A DNA stretch of 63,634 bases, the filler included, from Stramenopiles sp. TOSAG23-6 (lineage: Eukaryota), in assembly GCA_900128565.1 (NCBI GenBank). It is 10 parts of 10 records of this genome, joined end to end, with 100 filler letters (N's around TTAATTAATTAA, not from the genome) between each part and the next. Parts side by side here need not be neighbours in the genome. Positions count along the whole stretch, not along the records: positions 53,721 to 61,271 come from LT636551.1; positions 61,372 to 62,453 come from LT639769.1; positions 62,554 to 63,634 come from LT639772.1; 7 more parts are not named here. One strand, written 5' to 3'. Made by a program: the position numbers and the translations under genes. Positions 56,334 to 63,634 of the stretch are shown in pieces. A model generated the notes under the pieces. That model was not told the origin of the DNA. It saw only the letters and a list, made by a program, of their open reading frames with translations, and made no database searches. Positions within the stretch are counted from its first letter, which is position 1; every line of letters starts with the position of its first letter.

Positions 56334-59279
56334 ATGAGTAAAGTGCCATCAGCACCATCCGCACTATCCCTTGACTGGTCTTTAGGAGTGAACAATGATA
56401 TTGTTGATGGAGTTCATAGTTTGTGTGACGGTAGCCGAAATGCTCTTTTTTATGTCGCTGCACACTCAGGTGTAATTTATGACTTTCAGAACAGAACTCA
56501 GAAACTCCTTCAAGGTCATTGTAACGTAATTACTTCTGCATGTACAAGTCAGGACAAAAGATGGATAGCGACAGCAGATAAAGGTAATGATTCGATGATT
56601 GTCGTTTGGGACTCTTTCACTGGGGCACCCATCAAAACTATATTTAATCCTCACGAAAAAGGTGTAATTGCCATGGATATGTCACCTGATGCAATGCTTC
56701 TCGTCACATTATCTAACGATGAATCTAATGAAACCGAAGGAACATCAGATGAAACCAGTGAAAGAGAAATTGTACAAGAAATTTGTTTATGGGAGTGGAC
56801 CGCGGATAGAGTTGGTCCATTATACAGATCTAGAGTACCTATAAATGATGTACAAACATCTGTACGTTTTAACCCCAACGACGTTCGGGAAATTGTGAGT
56901 AATGGTTCACAACGTGTTGTGTTTTGGTGTTGGGAAAAACGAAAATTAGAGTCCATTTCACCAGTTATTAATCCTTCTGATTTCCAGCAAGAAATTGGAA
57001 CTTTCACTCAGTCTGTATTTTTGCCAAATGATTCAAGTGTAGTAACAGCGACAACAGACGGTGACGTTGTATTATGGGATTGTACGACAACTTCACCTGA
57101 TAAAGCACGTCGGGCAGTAAAGATAATTCATTTATCAGAATCAGGAATATTGTGTATTTATGTGGCTAATAATTATATCGTTACTGGTTGCGCTAGTGGT
57201 GCGGTTCGTTTCTTTGATTTACGTTTTCGAATTGAAGGTTGGTTTGAGGATATAAAAGCTGGTCCAGTAACTTCATTATCATTTGCAAATGGTATACCAC
57301 GACTCTCTGTTTCATCTGATCCAGATTGCTTTGCTATACAAGATTTTATTTGTGGTACAAAAAAATCCTTAGTTGTATGTTTCCATCATTCGTTTCAAAA
57401 TTTAATTTAAATATTTTTTTCATAGTACATTTCGTACCTAACGATGTTTTTCACTAAAATAAATATTTTTCACAATACATGTAGGTCTTGAAGCCCCACT
57501 TTGTGACGAAGTTGATGAAACTCGGCGTAGAGGTGTTCTTTTATTACAAGGAATCTCTAGTTCAATTCGAGGTTTATCCACCCATCCGCGAATGTCACAT
57601 GTTGCACTCAGTTCATCGAATGGCTCTGTTCAATTATGGGACTTTGAATCAAAACGGTTATTGATGATACGTTCTTTTGACGATAGTAAAGGTGAACCAG
57701 TATCGCTTCAGTATCATCCTAGGGGTAATTATCTTGTCCAAGGTATGGCAGATGGGACTCTAATGTGTCTTCATCCAACTACGCTTGAGAATGTACCGAA
57801 TGGATTATTTAAAACTGGTGAAGGGGCAATCACTGATATACGTTTTTCACTTGATGGATTATTTATGGCAACAGCTGACACTGAGTTGTGTGTTGCTTTG
57901 TATTATATGGGTGAGGAATGGATATTTTTGGGAAAGTATAAAAGCCATTCTGCGCCTATTACAGGTTTAGAATTTGGAATTTCAAACAAAGGTGTACCTT
58001 TTCTTGTTTCTGTTGGTGAAGATAGGCATATTGTTGAATACGACATTGAAGGATCTTCAGTAAGAAATGGTCTTTTATTAGCTCATCCAAGGAATAAAGT
58101 AGAGCAACGTGCTATTCCTACGACATGTATGGTATATAAAAATCCCACAAAAGATCCTAGTGATGACACGAGTGGAGAAGATTTTGTTTTGATTGCAAAT
58201 AATGAATTTAAAGTTTGTACATGGAGTACAACATACGAAGTGTGTAGACACACATCTCTTGGGCCTACGTATGTATGTTTTTTTTTTTTTTCAATTTTGA
58301 ATTTTTTTTTCATACGAAATTTTGTACCTAACAATTGTTTTTAGATTTTTTTTTGAAATATTTTTCTACAATACATGGAGGCCCCTTAAATAGGATGTTG
58401 CCGATACCAAATGGAGAAACAAACGGTAATGAGAATTCTGTATATCAAAGTTCAAAGTCTAAATATATTGCATATTCTACATTAAACAAAGTCGTTGGTA
58501 TCGCCAAGCTTCCATTGGATGGTAATGGAAATAGTACTGTTGGATTAATTGCACATCCTGATGAAATTGCGAATATATCAGTTTCTTATGATGGTCGATA
58601 TTTACTAACTGCCGGGGCGAATGATCGTACGGTCAATATATGGAAAATAAACACCAATATTGTTGATGATGATGACGTAGTGATAGATGATAATTTTAAA
58701 TCAAAAAACATTAAACCAAGTATGATACCATTTATCTCTCAATTAGATGGAGGTATTTCTGGGAGTGTTTATAAAGATCTCTGTGACTATTTTTATTATG
58801 CACAATTGAGAATGCAAGGTGAAAAATGTTTGAATGATCGAGAGATCACAGGAAAAATTACATTGTCTGAAATTCCCAATATAATGCGTGCTTTAGGGTA
58901 TTACCCAAGCAAATGGGAATGTGCACGAATGTGCAACGAAATTAAATACAGTAATTTTGTACAGTCCGGCAAAATCGAGACTTTAATTGATTTAGATTGT
59001 TTGATTAAGTTGTATGTGAATCACAGACCATTGTTTACCGTTGACAAGGAAGCAATTACGAAAGCATTTGAAACACTTACGCAAGGGACAATGGAACTCG
59101 AGTGGAAAGAACTTTTATCAAGGTTGAAGAATGAAGGCGAATGTATGAGTAACGAGGAAATGGATGCATGCTTACATGCCTTGGTGGATAAAGAACAACC
59201 ACCAGCACTTGTAGATCCGAAAAAGTTTGCTACAGATGTGTTGGGTTTTGAAGAGTATGTTGAAGAACATGAAGGTTAG
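56334..59279 (+). CDS. CFAP251: Cilia/flagella WD40 + EF-hand protein CFAP251/WDR66 (exons 56334-57374, 57481-58272, 58377-59279)
   Basis: LQGHCNVI, LGPTYGGP, LPLDGN, IAHP, DYFYYAQL, MRALGYYPS, YVNHRP. Confidence 0.88.
57375..57480 (+). mobile_element. Family intron, GT...AT, 106 nt
   Basis: GTT|GTATGT...CAATACAT|GTA gives SLV|VGLE; a GT-AG register shifted by 4 nt is also in frame. Confidence 0.65.
58273..58376 (+). mobile_element. Family intron, GT...AT, 104 nt
   Basis: TAT|GTATGT...CAATACAT|GGA gives LGPTY|GGPLN. Confidence 0.85.
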
Positions 59280-59528
59280 TGTTATTTGCTATAGATGTGT
59301 TGGGTTTTGAAGAGTATGTTGAAGAACAAGGCTAATATAGTTAAAAGCACAAAAAAAAATGCAGTAGAAATACACCAGACTACAACAAAACACGTTGTAC
59401 TTGAGACTTTAATAAAATATATTTTTAAAAGATTTGTGTAGTATCATGACTTAAAATATAAATATTAAACACGTGAAGTCAACCTATGTAATATTATTTA
59501 TACGAAAATTAATATATTAAACGTATAT

Positions 59529-60230
59529 TTAGTCGTCATCGTCTGAATCAAGAGAGATTAAAGTACCTGTTTCGCACGAGTTTGTAACTATTAAGCGTTT
59601 AGTGATTGTGGTTGTATGAGGTGAACTTGGAGACTTAGATGCCCCACTTACATGGTGCACGACATGGCTCGAGTTTTCAACAACTCCAAAATTCCCAGAA
59701 GGCGTGGGCGACATACCTGCTAAAAGAGCGTGAGTTTCTTTTGACTCTGAAGGAGAAGAAACCCCATTATCTGAGTCATCCTCACTATTGTGGTAGCTGC
59801 TGGGCATGAGCTCCTGTCTTAGATCTTCAGTACTAGATATAAATCGCGTGTACTTGTATGCATTCCCACCAACACGTTTCCATGCCATAATGAGTAACCC
59901 AACATACACAAATGAACCTAACCATAGCTGAACGCCAGTTGCATTTGGACTTTCAACGTGTACCTCTGGGATGAATTTTGGCTGTGTAAAGAAAAGTAAA
60001 CCAAGAATAAATAGGAATATAGCAGCAAAACCACTAAACACAACACAACACATGAATCTTGAAGAAAACGGACGGTTTGCCTCAGTGGGTGGACACGCCA
60101 TACGTGAGGTTGTACTTAAACATTCACCAGTGGCATGAGCGAAACATCTAAAATATGGACGGAGAGTTTCCACGCTTTCACGATACTGCTGTTGCAAATA
60201 AGGACCACAATTATTTAAATTATTATTCAT
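59529..60230 (-). CDS. Two-TM protein, possibly RNase kappa/V-ATPase subunit f-like, with Ser-rich tail
   Basis: CCVVFSGFAAIFLFILGLLF and a second TM; start may be the ATG at 60101. Confidence 0.4.
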   Translation of the reverse strand: MNNNLNNCGPYLQQQYRESVETLRPYFRCFAHATGECLSTTSRMACPPTEANRPFSSRFMCCVVFSGFAAIFLFILGLLFFTQPKFIPEVHVESPNATGVQLWLGSFVYVGLLIMAWKRVGGNAYKYTRFISSTEDLRQELMPSSYHNSEDDSDNGVSSPSESKETHALLAGMSPTPSGNFGVVENSSHVVHHVSGASKSPSSPHTTTITKRLIVTNSCETGTLISLDSDDDD

Positions 60231-61383
60231 TATCTATAAATATCAATGCAACGATGATTATCTTCTTTTTTTGTTTGTTTGTTTGTTGCTGCTGTATAAT
60301 TGACTACCCAGTATGGATTATTATAACTTTATATTTTAGTAGTCATTCATTCCGGCCGGGGATCCACTGGTCAATTTTGATTTTTTTTTCGATTTGAATT
60401 TTTTTTTCTTTGATTATCAAAATTAAACGAAATTAAACTGCAATTCATTTTCTAACCCTACAAAATTTGTAATCGGTGTTGATTCCGATCAATCGCGCTC
60501 TCAGAGCTAACGCGACTGCTCGGAGCTAATATTAGCTCCACTCTAATCAACCTAACCCCAACCCTACTACTACCCCACCCATCCTCACCCTCACGCTTCG
60601 CTATTAAGACCCTAATGATGGCTGTGGTCTCGCTTCGCTACTTAAATACGTCCGTCCATGCGGGGATCCGAACCAGCGCAACCTCGGCAGAGTAACAGCA
60701 AAAGAAAAAGTTGTATTAGGTAGTATTGTTACCCGGATCCATTGTGTTAGCTAATATGAGGGTCTGAGAGCACGACTGATACTACATCATCTACTCTTTA
60801 TAGAGAGATGGTAATCATGGAGGATGTACGTTTCTATTTAAAAGAAGCAAATACACTGCTTTTGACACAAACATATACACTATCTAGTAGATAGATTTAT
60901 ACTAACTCGTTGGATTGTCTTCTAAATAATTTTAATTGCAGATAAAGAGTCAAAAAACAATTTCAAACTAAATAAAATACTGTTTACATATTTCGTGTTT
61001 TGGACGTCGGTTACTTTTTGGACAGTTAGAAGATCTTCTTTTGTTAAAAGATCTTCTTTTGTTACCCTTTAACATTCGAAGTCTATACAACAATCTATAA
61101 CGCTTACAAAAAGGTACGTTCCACATTATTCACATTTTTTTACTAAACCATAACATATAAATCACACATTCAATTCGAGTAACATTTGCTTTAATGGAGA
61201 GAACTATACTATAAACGTAAGTAATGAATCATAAAAGTAACGGTCCACATTTGGCGAAATTGACGCAGACTNNNNNNNNNNNNNNNNNNNNNNNNNNNNN
61301 NNNNNNNNNNNNNNNTTAATTAATTAANNNNNNNNNNNNNNNNNNNNNNNNNNNNNNNNNNNNNNNNNNNNAAAGAAATACTT

Positions 61384-62453
61384 TTGAAACACGATAAAAT
61401 TACATTTAGTGACATCAAAATGAAAATGAAAAACATTAGAAATCAAAAAATATTACAATTCCTCAGTCCAACAAAGGATTTTGCAAGATATCTAAAAACA
61501 AAGCTTGGTATTGATGTTTGCGGCATAAACAAACGTCTTGAAATTTTTATCATCTTGGTACAAAGGGGATTTAACCCAAGTGATGAAGATTTTCAGAAAG
61601 TAAAGTTCAAAAATAAGCAAGAGAAAGATATATTCAAAAGGGTAATAGATGTATCTAAGGTCAAAGAGGTTGAAGAAGAAATAAATGATCAAAATGATGA
61701 CAGTACAAACATGGAAGAGAATGGTCAAACCAAGGGATGGGAAAATACAGCTAAACAGAGACTTGGAAAAGATATCCTTCATTGCAAGTTGAAAGAGGTG
61801 AAAGACACACTCCTGAAACACGATAAAATCACATTTAATGGGATCAAATTACCAGGCTTTGGAAATCAAAAAATATTACATTTACTTAGTCCAACAGAGA
61901 ATTTTGAACGTTTTCTTGAAAATAACCGTAAAATTATGCCATGTGACATAAAAAGACGTTTTGAAATGTTTTGGGCTTTGCTTAATAGCGGATTCAAGGT
62001 CAATGATAAAGATATTGATAAAGCTAAAATAAAAGATGAACAAGAGAGAGTCCTTTTTAAGAGACTATTGGGGAGATTCAATGGAAAGAAAAAAAAGAAT
62101 TCAATGAAAATACTTTAAGCCAAGATTTGCCAAGTGAAATAAAAGAAAGATCTTCTGAAAATGATCTTAAAGGTAATTTTGATAGGAGACGTGGCCATTT
62201 TCGCGGTAATGAATGGCATAATGACAAACTTGGTGAACGTCGTGGAGATGGTCATGCTGAGAGACCCGATGAGAGAAAATATGATGAGAACGTACATGAA
62301 GAGAGAATACCTTCAGAGAGACGTTATGAGAACAAACGTGATGAGAGAATACTTTCTGAGAGACGTTATGAGAGAAGACCTTCTGAGAGGGGTTATGATG
62401 AGAGACGTTATGAGAGAAGACCTTCTGAGAGGGGTTATGATGAGAGACGTTAT
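61384..62453 (+). CDS. Repeat protein fragment (two KHDKITF..NQKIL..LSPT units, then ERRYE repeats), probable frameshift at an A-run near 62090
   Basis: Two adjacent ORFs become continuous with one extra A. Confidence 0.5.
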
Positions 62454-62619
62454 NNNNNNNNNNNNNNNNNNNNNNNNNNNNNNNNNNNNNNNNNNNNTTA
62501 ATTAATTAANNNNNNNNNNNNNNNNNNNNNNNNNNNNNNNNNNNNNNNNNNNNTACTTTTATACATTGTAGGATAATATATTTTTTTTTTTTTTTTTTTT
62601 TTTTTAGGAAAAAAATTTC

Positions 62620-62663
<44 letters not shown>

Positions 62664-62667
62664 GTAC

Positions 62668-63621
62668 ATCGTCTTCTGAAGTAAACACGAAATTAGCTAA
62701 TTTGATATCCCTATGAGCAATATCTTTGGAATGACAATACTGAATTGCTCCTAACATTTTCCGTACCTAGAGAGAAAACAAAATGTAAAAAAAAAAAAAA
62801 TCTTAGGTACAACATTTCGTATGAAAAAAAATTGAAAAAAAAAAATTAAATTTTTTTTTCTTAGGTACGAAATTTCGTATGAAAAAAAAATTGAAAAAAA
62901 AAATAAATTTTTTTTTCTTAGGTACAAAATTTCGTATGAAATATTTAAATAAAAAAACGTACGAGACGTCGAGTCGCTGATTCTGAATATCGTTTACCAG
63001 GTTGTGCTTGTAATCTATCATATAACTCTCCCCCAGTACATAACTCCATGACCATATATTGTACAGAAATATTCTAAAACTTGAAAAAAAAATTATGTTT
63101 TGCTTTTTTGCTTTTTTGCTTTTTTGCTTTTTTGCTTAGGTACAAAAATCCGTATGAAAAAAAAATGTTAGGGTTAGGGTTTGATATATTTTTTTTGTCC
63201 ATTTGTAAAGCAAACATTGAAATGAGTGAGGAAAAAAGTACATATGAATAATATCACCTTGTCTATATGTTCGATGGAGTTTAACAATGTTTGGATGATC
63301 AAGTTGTTTTAAAATTTCGATTTCGTTTAAAAGTGTTTTTCGATATTTTGGTAACACTTTTTGTAAGTCAATAATTTTCATGGCATAACGAACTCTAGTG
63401 CGTCGATGTTCAATGACGACGACGGAACCTGTCGTACTTTCACCCAACTCTCGTGTACCAATATCATACACATCTTCTACCTTTTCATCTGTACGTATGG
63501 GTACGAGATTACTATAGGATGAACACATCCGTAAAGGTGGGTTGTGTCGTGGTTCAGTCAAATAATCATCATCTACACCGCTTTTTTTATGACTATGACT
63601 TGTACTAGAACATAAACCCAT
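62668..63621 (-). CDS. CAMK/CDPK-like Ser/Thr kinase, N-terminal part (exons 63621-63242, 63053-62963, 62766-62668)
   Basis: MGLC myristoylation/palmitoylation-type start, YAMK, NEIEILKQLDHPNIVKL, MELCTGGEL, HRDIKLAN. Confidence 0.9.
62767..62962 (-). mobile_element. Family intron, GT...AG, 196 nt, three tandem core motifs
   Basis: CTC|GTACGT...CTCTAG|GTA gives RRL|VRKML. Confidence 0.8.
63054..63241 (-). mobile_element. Family intron, GT...AT, 188 nt
   Basis: AT|GTACTT...ACAATATAT|G gives IHMVMELCTGG. Confidence 0.82.
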
Positions 63622-63634
63622 TATTGTATTTTTT

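Noticed and set aside
59226-59328. ~44-bp duplication of the CFAP251 3' end
   Set aside because: Simple local tandem duplication like 27770-27970; no sign of function

Overview
AT-rich eukaryotic DNA, probably from a marine protist. A stramenopile-like host is inferred from mitochondrial HslU, the ciliary protein CFAP251 and TKAPTP mucin-like repeats. The window is not one locus. It is ten unrelated contigs (eight of about 7.55-7.59 kb and two of about 1.08 kb) joined by artificial N-TTAATTAATTAA-N spacers, so gene neighbourhood is meaningful only within a contig. About 30 genes are recognisable, including IMP1, a sulfatase, a CHAT protease, HslU, a PPR-like protein, a family III CoA-transferase, APRT, LRR, DHHC, MTO1, INPP4, a TBC RabGAP, a Prx6-like protein, a DEAD-box helicase, 5'-nucleotidase, a polo-like kinase, DDRGK1, CFAP251 and a CAMK-type kinase. 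Two things stand out. (1) One repeated ~90-110 nt intron family (GTAYGT...TTCRTACGAAATTTYGTACCTAAC...GAAATATTTTTCMMAATACAT) interrupts many of the genes. In the 30 copies whose junctions I could resolve from reading frame and protein conservation, the last two bases are AT (21), AG (5), CT (2), GT (1) and GG (1). This suggests an Introner-like element with mostly non-AG acceptors, a mini terminal inverted repeat (GTAT/ATAC) and an AT-biased target site. A related inverted-repeat element sits intergenically at 18.4-18.7 kb. (2) An intron-containing gene (39676-41527) fuses a Fom1/PepM-type cytidylyltransferase to a methylphosphonate-synthase-like enzyme that keeps the 2-His-1-Gln and Phe/Ile signature, suggesting methylphosphonate biosynthesis in a eukaryote. 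All splice calls are inferred from DNA only.
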